Origin: Octopus sinensis
Lineage: Eukaryota
Direction: 5' to 3'
Assembly: GCF_006345805.1 (NCBI RefSeq)
Contig: NC_043004.1
Coordinates: forward strand, 60,698,001-60,762,000
Length of the DNA stretch: 64,000 nucleotides
This document shows, one piece after another, positions 40,467-52,925 of this stretch (positions are counted from its first letter, which is position 1; each line of letters starts with the position of its first letter). A program made the translations under genes and the position numbers. The notes beneath the pieces are model-generated. The model did not search any database. It saw only the letters and a list, made by a program, of their open reading frames with translations, and had not been told where the DNA came from.

Positions 40467-40673
40467 TTGCATATATATAATACATGCATACGTTTATACA
40501 TATAGATAGACACACACATTTATATATATATATGCATAATATATATAAATAAAAATACACTTAAATAAATATATATATACATTATATATATATATGTATG
40601 TATATATATATATGTATGTAAATATATGCATGTGTGTATGTTTGTGTATATATATATATATATATATATATAG

Positions 40674-40711
<38 letters not shown>

Positions 40712-41464
40712 CAACAGAAAAATGCAGAGAGAGATATAGTGAGAGAGGAAAAGATAAAAGAGCAAACAAAACGAAGCAATGAATGAATGAGAAAGAGGAG
40801 GTAAAACTGGAACGAAAGAAAGAAAGAGAGAGAGAGAGAGAGTGAAAGAGAGAAAGAGAGAGGGGGAACGCAACCTGAGAGGAAGAGAGATAGAGGAAGT
40901 ATTCTACTTTTCTATAGAAATATCGTCAATAATCTGATTAAGCTACAATTGTATTAACAGAAACTATAGAATTTTCAAAAATATATGCCCCACCTTCTTA
41001 TTTGCGTCTCAATCGAAGCAAACAACAGATGTAGCCAGATGGAATCGTTTCGTTGATGTAAACTTAACCGATTTCAGAAACTAATTTTGATATGACGGCA
41101 CTTAATTCATTTTATAGATTTTATGGTTTTGATGTTGTTGTTATTGTTTTTGTTACTGTTGTTGTTTTTGGTGGTTGCGTGGTGGTGGTGGCATTGTTCT
41201 TGGTAGTAGTTTCACTGGTTGTACTTACATGATGTACTACTGCCTCGAGATGCTTGAGAGAAAGGAAAACAGACCTGTTACGTCAAATACAACGTACGTA
41301 TATATACATCAGCATGCATATCTTCATATACGTATGTGTGTGTGTGTGCGTGCGTGCGCGCGTACATACACAGACATACACGTACATACACATATACAAA
41401 TACACACGCACAAGAAAACATACAAGCATATATACATATATACATATATAATATATATATTTTT

Positions 41465-42180
41465 CCCCGTCTGTCTTGATAGACAATGGGTTGCGACAAG
41501 GGTGGGGCCTACTTTGATGATGTGCAGCGTCTGCTGTGACTGAACGTTCCAATTCTAGAGTGGCAGTCCTTGGTACATTTGCTGCACACGAACATCGATG
41601 GGTACGTGTGGGGTGTTGCAGTTGTCCTAACTCGTAACTGCCATCTCAGCTTGTTCCGTCGATGGAGTAGTTTCTCCATGGCGCAAGCCTGGGCGGTAGA
41701 AACGAAGACACTGGGCTGCCCAGACACCAGAATCTCCCTCTCGGCCCCCCAGACATAATCCAAAGGAATGCAGTGCAGTACGTTTGGAATCTGGTTGGCT
41801 GCAGGAGTTGCCGGAAAGGGGTCGAGATTCGACACCCGACCGCCTTCGGGGCTCCACTCACTCCGATTTTCTGTCTGGTTTATTCCCTAGCCTTTCCCTC
41901 TCCAAGAGCATCCGCAAGGCAGCGGAGCGAGGGTTTGGAGTCAGAGTTTTCCTTCTCCTAGACGGGCTGCCAACCAGGCTAACGAGCCCGTCTGCCCACC
42001 TGGTTATACCGCCAAGCACCCGTCGCGCCACACAGCAGGCTCAGTGAGACAGGGGGTACCACCGCGTGAAGGAGAGGCCATTAGCAAAACTTTCCACAAG
42101 GCGCATCCAGGTAGAAGTTCTGCAGCGATCATTACACCTGGAGAGGAGGAGGCTATGAGTGACGCAATCACTTTCCCTTG
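41465..42180 (-). mobile_element. RTE-clade non-LTR derivative: 5' UTR joined to the 3' tip
   Basis: 3' tip FVCSKCTKDCHSRIGTFSHSRRC* followed by CCATTGTCTATCAAGACAGACGG (RTE-type C-terminal motif and 3' UTR). The upstream part carries GGCAGCCCGTCTAGGAGAAGGAAAACTCTGACTCCAAACC, which I recognise as an RTE 5' UTR motif. No APE or RT sequence lies between them. Confidence 0.75.
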
Positions 42181-42229
42181 CCCCCCCCCCCTATATATAT
42201 GTATAATATATATATATATATATATGCTT

Positions 42230-42381
42230 GAAGTGGTTGCTTACGAACCACATGTTTCTGGGTTCAGTCCCACTGCGTGGCACCTTGGGCAGGTGCCTTC
42301 TACTATAGCCTCGGTCCGACCAACGCCTTGTGAGTGGATTTGGTAGACGGAAACTGAAAGAAGCCCGTCGTATATATGTGG

Positions 42382-42428
<47 letters not shown>

Positions 42429-42642
42429 TACGTATGTGTGTCTGTGCTTTTTCCCCCAACATTGCTTGACAACCGATACTGGTGTGTTTACGTCCCCGTA
42501 ACTTAGCGGTTCGGCGTAAGAGACCGATAGAATGCGTACTAGGCTTACAAAGAATAAGTCCTGGGGTTGATTCGCTCGACTAAAGGCAGTGCTCTAGCAT
42601 GGCCGCAGTCAAATGACTGAAACAAGTAAAAGAATAAAAGAG
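42230..42642 (+). mobile_element. tRNA-derived SINE, family A
   Basis: Collinear with 7577-7993. Confidence 0.9.
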
Positions 42643-43564
42643 TATATGTATATATAGATATATAAATCTATATAAACATACATCACTTTCTCAGTATATC
42701 AATGCATGTGTTAATGCTTGCGCCTTTCTGCGTATAACGTGTATGTGCGTTTGTGTGCATGTACAGGGCTGATGGATGTCGGCTGGACATGAGTGTGATT
42801 ATTGCTTTTTAAAGAGCTTCAACACAAAGATGACACAACAAAGCAACTGATAATCTACTACTTTCACCACAGCGTCTGTTTAAATGTCTCTTCTCACTTA
42901 AATGCTGTACAGAATCTTGTCTTTGTAATTCTGCGTAGACATGATGTTATTGCGTGTGTTCTTTCTAATATCAGGATTGCATTACATGACTTCGATTCGT
43001 GCACCACTGAGTGGCTAGCATTTCCAGCCATTGATAATTGGAACTGTTCACAATCATTTGAATATTTGAAGGGATTATTGTTATCTAAGTCTTTTCTGTT
43101 TTATGTCGCGTTGTGGGTTTATAAGTTGATTGGATTTCGCTTCCAGCCGCACGGATGAATTCATTAAAGTTCTTCGTGAGATGATAGCTATCAACTGTAA
43201 GACAACACTAATACACACACACGCGCACACACATATATACACACATACACATACAATTTATACGTGTGTGTGTGCGTGCGTATGTAAGTATGTATGTATA
43301 CGTGCAGATTTATATGTTTTGCTTTATGTACGTATTCTCATCCATATAGTTGCATTGCTAGACATTGTCAAATATACTTAAATGATAAACTTCTAGAAAC
43401 TTTAACAGATTTTTACAGTTCTAGTGATGGCTTGGATCTTTAGCCTTCGAATCAGCTATCTCCCTTCTGGTTTTAAGCCTAATTACTCAAGATTGGCATT
43501 TAGGCAGTGTGTATGTATGTATGTAAGTATGTATGTATCTACGTATGCATGTATATGTATGTGT

Positions 43565-43935
43565 CAGGTCACTTTCGAGTGCTACTGGTAACATGTAACC
43601 CAGTGCAACCTGTTGCATGGTCGGGTCGTCGGTGACTAAACCGGCAACCCCACCAAGCTTGCTTGGTGAGGAGGGTGTTTTTTGGACACCCTGCGGGATG
43701 AAAAACAAAACCCATCAAAGGGCGGAGGAACTCTTGAGAGTCTACGGCCATCCAATAAATGTATTAAGGCTGTATCATACGCAGGGACATAGAAATAATC
43801 GTACTGAATACCTGATCGCGCGGTTAAACCATTGGAAATGAAGGGCTCCTAACTTTGTTAGGGCATCCTTCTAGGAGAAGGTAACTCAGGTAACTGGGAT
43901 AACTCCGACATAAACCTGCGGCTCAGTGGTTACCG
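43565..43935 (+). mobile_element. Probable RTE-like 5' UTR fragment of a second family
   Basis: GGGCATCCTTCTAGGAGAAGGTAACTC at ~43861 resembles the motif in 41465-42180; GC-rich with short hairpins. Confidence 0.45.
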
Positions 43936-44231
43936 ATGATGTTGACTTGTTCTTCTTTTTGGATTATGGTTGCTGTTTCTTAGTGAGTGGGATTGACTCA
44001 GTGCACAGCCTTTCCTCACTTTAAAAAAAATCTTCTTGCACAGGCATTGCACGATAACAACATGATTAAGCTTCGTGCAATGGCCATACTCGATAACGAG
44101 AGGCAGCCACCATGTATGTATGTATGTATGTATGATGTATGTATTATGTATGTATGTATGTATGTATGCATGCATGTATGTGTGTGATGTATTATATATA
44201 TATATATAGATATATATATATATACATACTC

Positions 44232-44405
44232 CTTTTTTCTTTTCGTCTGTTTCAGTCACTTGACTGCGGCCATGTTGGAGCACCGCCTTTAGTCGTGCAA
44301 ATCGACCCCAGGACTTATTCTAGTACGTATGCTATCAGTCTCTTTTTCCGAACCGTTAAGTTACGGTGACATAAACACATCAACATCGGTTGTCAAGCGA
44401 TTGTG
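44232..44405 (-). mobile_element. SINE family A, 3' half
   Basis: Reverse complement of the family A tail. Confidence 0.85.
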
Positions 44406-44689
44406 AGTAGACAAACACCCACACAACACACATACACATACATGAACACACACAGACGAATACACGCGTGCACCCTCTGCACACACACACACGTGCACAC
44501 ACACACACGTGCACACACACACAAACTCACGCATGCACACAAACACACACATGCACGCAGACATACAACACATATGCCTATGTAAACATATATATATATA
44601 TATATATATCATTTATGTCATAAAGTTAAACCCTTTATGGACGGGAAACCCAGAGTAACCTCATAAATTGGCCTTCCACAGTTAAAGTG

Positions 44690-44872
44690 TGTATAGATCG
44701 CTAGCAACTACACATTGTTTTCTCTCTCTGTTTCTTTCCCTGTTCCTTTCTGTGGAAGAGCGAAGGCTCGAAACGCTAAAGTCTTTTTCACTCCCGAGCG
44801 TTATACTAATACATCTGTCTGTTGTCTACACCACCTCTCTTCGTCTTTTGCTTTTTGTGTGAATTCTCCCTA
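44690..44872 (+). mobile_element. Repeat family H copy
   Basis: See 21120-21290. Confidence 0.75.
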
Positions 44873-44879
44873 TATCGTA

Positions 44880-45123
44880 TGTGTTCCCCCCAGCTAGATG
44901 GGGCGCCAGTGTATCGCAGCGTTACTCGAGAAAGAGGAAGAGAGATTGAGAGAAAATTGTGGCGAAAGAGTATAACAGGGTCGCCCCCCCACCACTGCCG
45001 GTGCCTTGTGGAATGTTTTTGGCGTTTTCGTTCAATAAACACACACAACGCCCAGTGTGGGAATCGAAACCGTGATCCTCCGACCGTAAGTCCGCTGCCC
45101 TAACTACTGGGCCATTGCGCCTT
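44880..45123 (-). mobile_element. tRNA-derived SINE, family D
   Basis: Minus-strand head AGGCGCAATGGCCCAGTAGTTAGGGC...GGTTTCGATTCCC; its 3' block is shared with family C. Confidence 0.82.
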
Positions 45124-45755
45124 ACACCACACACACACACACACAAACACACACACAAACACACACACACACATACATACACATATATACACACAACATA
45201 CCCACACATACACATATCATATACTCTGTGTGTGTGTGTCTACGTAGGAAGAAAAACGAACAAATTCCTTGAAAATTTAACTTTTAAAAACATTAAATCA
45301 ATCGCATCTGGTTACTAACGAAAGACGCCATTATAATTTATAACACGGGATTCGAGTAAAGCGGATAGAAAGTTCGTTTCCACCAACGATATTACCCGTT
45401 TCAGAATAGTCGATATAACTTAGGGTAATTAGTATTCAGAGTGGGTCTGTGTATAAAAATACAAATGTACTTTACTAAAAGAGACATCGACGTTACAAGC
45501 ATACGTTGTAGCTTCAATCGTGAATAGATCAAGTGAGAGCATTTATATTATGATTGGTTAGCGTTTAGTAGCGAATAGTGGTTGTTATGTTGTGAAGTTT
45601 AGAGAAAATAGCACTCTGTTCAATTTATTTTTCGTTTGATCTTTTCTATAATTTGCTGAAATTGCTCTCTTATTAACTGGAAATTTAATTGTGGTTTTGT
45701 ACATTTCTTTCTCTCTTCTCTTTCCTGTCTCTTTTCTTTCTCTTTCATTGCTCAC

Positions 45756-45855
45756 NNNNNNNNNNNNNNNNNNNNNNNNNNNNNNNNNNNNNNNNNNNNN
45801 NNNNNNNNNNNNNNNNNNNNNNNNNNNNNNNNNNNNNNNNNNNNNNNNNNNNNNN
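45756..45855. other. Assembly gap (100 N)
   Basis: Read directly. Confidence 1.
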
Positions 45856-46223
45856 TTATATTGCATGGAATTATCGTTGTTTCGATTTCCAGGAGATTTC
45901 TAAATAAGGGGAGGTTAGTGAGTGATTTTTTCCGGTGTAGGGGAGATAATCGCGCTTAAAAATTTTTTTCCCTTTTCCTTGTTAATTTCTCTGTGTCAGT
46001 ATGTTCGGATGGTTGAGTCTGGGTTTGTACTTTTCAATGAAGAATGTTCCTTGTTCAGTCTCATTTGCGTTGATGATCCGAAAGCACATTGGTAAAATGG
46101 GAAGATTAAAAATTGTGGCAGTAGTTGCTTTGCGCATTTCTCAATGTGCTCACTAAAAGGTATCATTCTATATTCTGGGAATGCAATCTGTTGTCGATGC
46201 AGTGTGCATCTGCGCCTGAGTGA
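45856..46223 (-). mobile_element. Inverted copy of the 3' region of Penelope-like element 2 (matches 49098-49468)
   Basis: The reverse complement aligns by eye with 49098-49468 apart from a few indels and substitutions. Confidence 0.93.
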
Positions 46224-49200
46224 AATCAGAAATAGAGCTTCTAAGACTCAGGGCCTCCACAAATGAAGAAAAACTTAAAAGCATAGACGAGAGGAGATGC
46301 ACAATCTAATACTAAAATATACGAGGGACAACCCCTCGATAATACATTGGATCACTGGAAGGATTCCTGTGAGAGAGAAGAGAGAAATTCTCTCCTACGC
46401 TGGAGAAAAACATGGACTTCTTCCAAAAATATAGTGAAACCTTCAAAATGAATTGGGTACAAATAATCCCTTCCTTAAGAAAATTACAATAATAAAAAAG
46501 AAAAACCTAACAACCCACGAACAACCCCCAACTATCCTCCATACACTAAAAACAGAAATCACCCACAACCAACCTTTACAAACCACGCTAGACCTAACAG
46601 GGAACTAGCTGAAAGAGGACGCGTCTATGAATGAAATTACACCAAAAACAGAACAAACCAACAACATCCTAATACCAGACCCAACCACCATACAGCACAA
46701 TACGACACTAGGATAAGAAATACACCACACACAAATCACTACTACCCCATGAACCAAAACTACTGGTCCCCACTAAACACAAGACAAACGCAAAGAAACA
46801 CTATGTCAAGCAACATCCCACATACAAGAAGTTCGAACCAAAATATTCCCCATACAGAAATTTTACACACACCACAAGCATTAACAACCATAGATTCCCA
46901 CACACACACAACGATCGGAGGCAACAATACCACCACTCCCCCGACCAAATACCACACAACCTCACAGACAACTCATACAAACAAAATTACACCCAACATT
47001 TTTTAGCCAGGGACCAGGGACACCAGGACACAGGCTGGAACCTAGTAATAAAGGAAAAACCGAAGATAATCAATCTTTCAACCAAACCTCTTTCTAACAT
47101 AAAAATTGACATCCTCGCAAAAGGGCTCACTCAAATTTACACCAACTCCACGCAGAGCAAACCTAAATGAAACAAGGATAATATAACAGAATTTTGCAGA
47201 AAATTAAGACTAGCAGAAGCATCAAACAGTTTCAATACTGAAGATGAATCACTAGTCAAGAACAAAAGTGAACACACATCCCACACAGAGGAAGAAATAA
47301 AGATCTTGACGAATTCTGTAACCACATTGAGAACTTCCCCTACCATACTATACATAAACAGAAAGCTAACCCAAATTTTAACACTACACAATGGAAAGAA
47401 CTGATATAGAACTCCAAAATGATGAAGATATAACCATTAAGGAAGCGGACAAGGGAAATGCAGTTGTAATAATGGATACATCATACTACAGAAATCTTGT
47501 AATTTCCTTGCTGATGAAGACCTACATTATGAAAAAATTACAAACTACACCCCACAAAAAATAATGAAAACTCTATCTTCACTAATTTAAAACCCATGAA
47601 AGGAACTGACAACCAAAGAGATTGATTTCCAACGAACTTTAAATGCAAACCTAGCCTTTTCTATGGTCTGCCAAAAATTCATAAAAGTCAAATTATAAAT
47701 GAAACCATTAAAAAATCACCCAAAGACATACATACACACACCTAATCCGGGGGACCTAAAACTACGACCCATTGTAGCTGGCCCAACCTGTGAAAAACAC
47801 ACAGACTAAGTCTACTTATGGACATCCTCTTGAAACCCTTCCTTAAACATATCGATAGCCATATCAGAGATGACTTAGATATGTTAAACCACCTCCCAAA
47901 AAAAACCAAGGAAGAAAACAATCCTGGTTTCATTTGATGTAGTCAACTTGTATACCAGTATACCTCATAATTATGGACTGGAGGCAATACAATTCTGGTT
48001 AGACCAATTTCCGGAAGAAATACCAAAAAGGATCAGTAAGGAATTCATTACTAAATCAATTGAATTCATCCTACACAATAACCACTTCATGTTGACAATA
48101 CATTTTACCGTCAAAAATCCGGAATTGCTATGGGTACAAGGGCAGCACCAGTCATTGCGAACTTAACAATGGGATACATGGAAATAATCATTTACCAGGA
48201 ATCTCTATCAATCTTTGGAAACTCCCTCTCTCAATACATAAAAGAGAATTGGAAACGATTCCTAGACGATTGTTTCATTCTCTGGAATGAAAACATAGAT
48301 AAACTCCTAAAATTTAAAAACCTATTGAACAGCATAAACCCCAATATACAGTTCACAATGGAATACAACCAAAAGGAGCTCCCGTTCTTGGATATACTAA
48401 TTAAAAAAATTAACCTTAAAATAGAAACAGACATTTTTTACAAAGCCACAGACGCCAAACAATACCTTCTTTTTAATTCATGCCACCCAAGACACACTAA
48501 CAACAAACATCCCCTTCAACCTTGCAAGAAGGATATGCACAATAGTGTCAGAACAAAATACCAGGAACTTTAGACTGCAAGAACTCAAAAACACCCTAAT
48601 TGACAGACATTACCCAGCTCAACTCATAGAGGATGGGATCAGACGTGCAACAGAAATCAACATAGAAACTTTAAGAAAAAGTTCAACAAAACAACACACC
48701 TTCCCCGAAAATACTACCTTACATATCTACATACAACCCCAGAAACAAAGAAGCCTTCACCATCATCACCCAGAATTTACCAATACTTCATAAAAAACCA
48801 AAATTAAAGGAAATTCTAAACATACACCAAATCATTAAAAGCTACAAACAGCCTAAATCACTTAAAAAGATTCTCACAAAGGCAAAATTGTCTTCTAAAA
48901 TTACGGATGCAAAAGTAAAAAAATGTGGTAGATCGAACTGTGCACATGTCCTAACCTATTGGAAGGATCAGAATTCTTCTTTTAAAGAGGGACAGAAATT
49001 TAAGATCAAATCTAACTTTACTTGTGCCTCTGAAAACATAATTTATGTTATTAAATGCTCGGGCTGCCACCAAGACTACGTGGGTTCCACGGGACTATCA
49101 CTCAGGCGCAGATGCACACTGCATCGACAACAGATTGCATTCCCAGAATATAGAATGATACCTTTTAGTGAGCACATTTGAGAAATGCGCAAAGCAACTA

Positions 49201-49900
49201 CTGCCACAATTTTTAATCTTCCCATTTTACCAATGTGCTTTCGGATCATCAACACAAATGAGACTGAACAAGGAAACATTCTTCATTGAAAAGTACAAAC
49301 CCAGACTCAACCATCCGAACATACTGACACAGAGAAATTAACAAGGAAAAAAGGGAAAAAAAAATTTTTAAGCGATTATCTCCCCTACACCGGAAAAAAT
49401 CACTCACTACCTCCCCTTATTTAGAAATCTCCTGGAAATCAAAACAACGATAATTCCATGCAATATAAAACATAACGTCACAAGAAATTTGAAAAGCTAC
49501 ACGCGAAACCGGGTAATTTCTTTTAAAAATTTTTTAAAATTATGTCATTTTAAGGAAAGGAAAAAAAAAAAAATTTTTCCAATATTCTCCAGACATTTTG
49601 ACACAAAATATATATTTTTAACATTTAAGCCTCTGTCGTTTTTTCACACTTTACTATTTTCTTATATATTTCACCCACGTGCTTTACCAAACAAACTTTC
49701 TTATCTATATATATATATATGTATGTATGTATGCATGTATGTATGTATGTATATATATATATATATATTATGATTATTTAATAAACACTGTCTATGTTAT
49801 ACATTTTTTCAAGCTACTATTAGTTACAAGCAATGAAAGCTACTCCGGAAGCACAATCCTGAGGTTGGGTTCACATGAAATAACAAGTTAGACATTGAAC
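46224..49900 (+). mobile_element. Penelope-like element 2 (Neptune-like): N-terminal domain, RT, Cys-rich linker, GIY-YIG; frameshifted
   Basis: LPKIHK...LRPIVAG...SFDVVNLYTSIPHNYGLEAI...MGTRAAPVIANLTMGY...WKRFLDDCFILW...LPFLDILI...SCHPRH. Then KCGRSNC...FTCASENIIYVIKCSGCHQDYVGSTGLSLRRR. The 3' boundary is approximate and the clade assignment is inference. Confidence 0.93.
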
Positions 49901-50659
49901 AAAAGAGCGATAGAAAAATAACAAGAAGGAAGTAGATGAAAAGTTTGGAAGGCTGGAAAGAAAGCATATACTTTTCTTATTTAAGAACACTAACTTACTG
50001 CTAAATTCAAGGACTGAAATTTTCAGAGTGTGTAAAATCGTGGATAAGTTCCAGTTCGCGAACTGGAAAACGCCGTTGTCTCCTGCCTGAGTAGCTGTAC
50101 TATAGACTCTAGACCACTATCCTTATGGTTTTACGGTCAAATGGGGACATAGCTCTAATTCTCTTCGTTCTTGCTTTTTTTCTGCTTTCTTTTACGTTTT
50201 CTGTATTTTCAATGTTCCACCTTTTACATGTACATACGCTTGTCTTGTTTTTAGCTTGTCATGACACGTGGGCACAACAAAGGCACCAGGTTTGTTCGAA
50301 AATTATGACTCAGCTGCTTTCATCGCAAGAAACAAACAGCAGCTATTAAAAATATATATTGCTTTTAACAAATGATATTTATCTCTCACCAAATGTATTA
50401 CTTTTTTTTGTTGACCATATCATCACGAAACAGTACACTTAATAAATATATATATACATAGATATATGGCCAATTAACAATGACGGCCATTCAACAAGTA
50501 CAGAGTTCAAGGCCACTGGTCGTACTATGGGCAATCACTTTTTATAAAACCTCAGGTCTGGGGAAATTAAATGGTTGGAGACTGCATGAAAGCCTATTGG
50601 ATAGGGAGCAGTGCAACGTGTTCAAAGCCTTAAGTACAACTGTTGTTCAGTGACATAGA

Positions 50660-50700
<41 letters not shown>

Positions 50701-51115
50701 TATATATATTTATATATAATATATATATATATATATGTATTTGTGTGTTTGTGTATGTATATATATATATATATGTATATATATATACACATATATACAT
50801 ATATAAATGCATACATAAATGCATACATACACACACACACACACACACATAGATAGACAGATACATACATAAACACACACATATATATATACATATATTA
50901 TTATTATTATTATTATCATCATCATCATCATCATCACATTTTTGCACAAGCAACAGTATGACTGAAAGAGCAAGACTTTCGTTCTGTATCACTAGGTTCG
51001 TGATTCACTTTTTGCCTCTGCTAAATATTAGTATGTGTGTATGTGCCTGTATATACGTATGTCTATATATATATGTATGTATATACACACATATATATAA
51101 TATATATAAATAAAA

Positions 51116-51154
<39 letters not shown>

Positions 51155-51161
51155 TATATGA

Positions 51162-51192
<31 letters not shown>

Positions 51193-51219
51193 GTATATAT
51201 ATATCTATATATTATATAT

Positions 51220-52051
51220 ACCATGTACATATGTATATATGTGTATGTTATATATATATTATATCCACATATATATATATATATATATATAATATATATA
51301 TATATGCAGTCAAATGATTGGATGTGTAAAAGAATACATATAAATATACATAAGTGCGTTTGTGTATGCGTTTTTCTGTGTATGTAAATATGTGTGTGTG
51401 TGTGCGCGCGCGCGCGAGCATTGCACGGTTGCATGCATGTATGTATGAATGTATGTATGTAAATATGTATGTAGATGGGTAAGTAGGATCGTAAGTAGGT
51501 AGGCAGGCAGATTGGCAGCTATACACGTATATATCTACGTACGTACTACTTCACATAAGATCTAAAGAAACTTCATGCCTATCGGGAATCGATAATGTCC
51601 GCCATGTTGTTTAATGAGTTCAGCATCTGATGGTTTTATTTATTTATTATTTTTCGAGTTTAGAAATTTTACTCGAAGTTGGGTTCCATTATTTCCGCGT
51701 CTCTCTTCTATGTAAATAATATTACTCTGAAGGGTACGGATATCAACTTCCCATAAACTTCCTCTGAAACACAAAGACTGGCCACATTGATTATATCAAA
51801 ATTAGTTAGTTTTACACGCAGTTGGTAATGGTTTAGTATTTTCCTTTTCGTGTATGTATTGTTTTGTTATATATTTGTTTTTAAGAATGCCTCACCGATA
51901 CAGAAACAGTCAGTCGCTACCACCCACAAAATAACACTGTTTCTATTGAATTCATGTCACAACGACGCAATAATCATCAACCACACCACACATACATCGT
52001 ATATGTATGTATGTATTATGTACAACCACACACACATACATATATATATAT

Positions 52052-52103
<52 letters not shown>

Positions 52104-52312
52104 CATATGTATATATGTGTATGTATATATATATATATATATCCACATATATATATATATATATATAATATATATATATATGCAGTCAAATGATTGGATG
52201 TGTAAAAGAATACATATAAATATACATAAGTGCGTTTGTGTATGCGTTTTTCTGTGTATGTAAATATGTGTGTGTGTGTGTGTGCGCGCGCGCGCGAGCA
52301 TTGCACGGTTGC

Positions 52313-52345
<33 letters not shown>

Positions 52346-52870
52346 TGTATGTAGATGGGTAAGTAGGATCGTAAGTAGGTAGGCAGGCAGATTGGCAGCT
52401 ATACACGTATATATCTACGTACAAACTACTTCACATAAGATCTAAAGAAACTTCATGCCTATCGGGAATCGATAATGTCCGCCATGTTGTTTAATGAGTT
52501 CAGCATCTGATGGTTTTATTTATTTATTATTTTTCGAGTTTAGAAATTTTACTCGAAGTTGGGTTCCATTATTTCCGCGTCTCTTCTATGTAAATAATAT
52601 TACTCTGAAGGGTACGGATATCAAACTTCCCATAAACTTCCTCTGAAACACAAAGACTGGCAACATTGATATATATCAAAATTAGTTAGTTTTACACGCA
52701 GTTGGTAATGGTTTAGTATTTTCCTTTTCGTGTATGTATTTGTTTTGTTATATTTTTAAGAATGCCTCACCGATACAGAAACAGTCAGTCGCTACCCACA
52801 AAATAACACTGTTTCTATTTGAATTCATGTTACAACGACGCAATAATCATCAACCACACACACATACATA
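51220..52870. repeat. ~0.85-kb direct tandem duplication (about 51220-52030 and 52095-52870)
   Basis: Unique blocks (GCAGTCAAATGATTGGATG...; CTTCACATAAGATCTAAAG...GACGCAATAATCATCAACCAC) occur twice, differing mainly by small indels. Confidence 0.92.
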
Positions 52871-52894
52871 CGTATATGTATGTATGTATATATG

Positions 52895-52925
<31 letters not shown>

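Noticed and set aside
41509-41835. 108-aa minus-strand ORF as a cellular gene
   Set aside because: It is a chance read-through of RTE 5' UTR sequence into the RTE C-terminal tip.
47514-47545. CTGATGAAG...GAAA motif
   Set aside because: It lies within PLE coding sequence and has no stem complementarity.
49830-49890. Possible degenerate hammerhead at the 3' end of Penelope-like element 2
   Set aside because: No intact CUGANGA core and no convincing stems.
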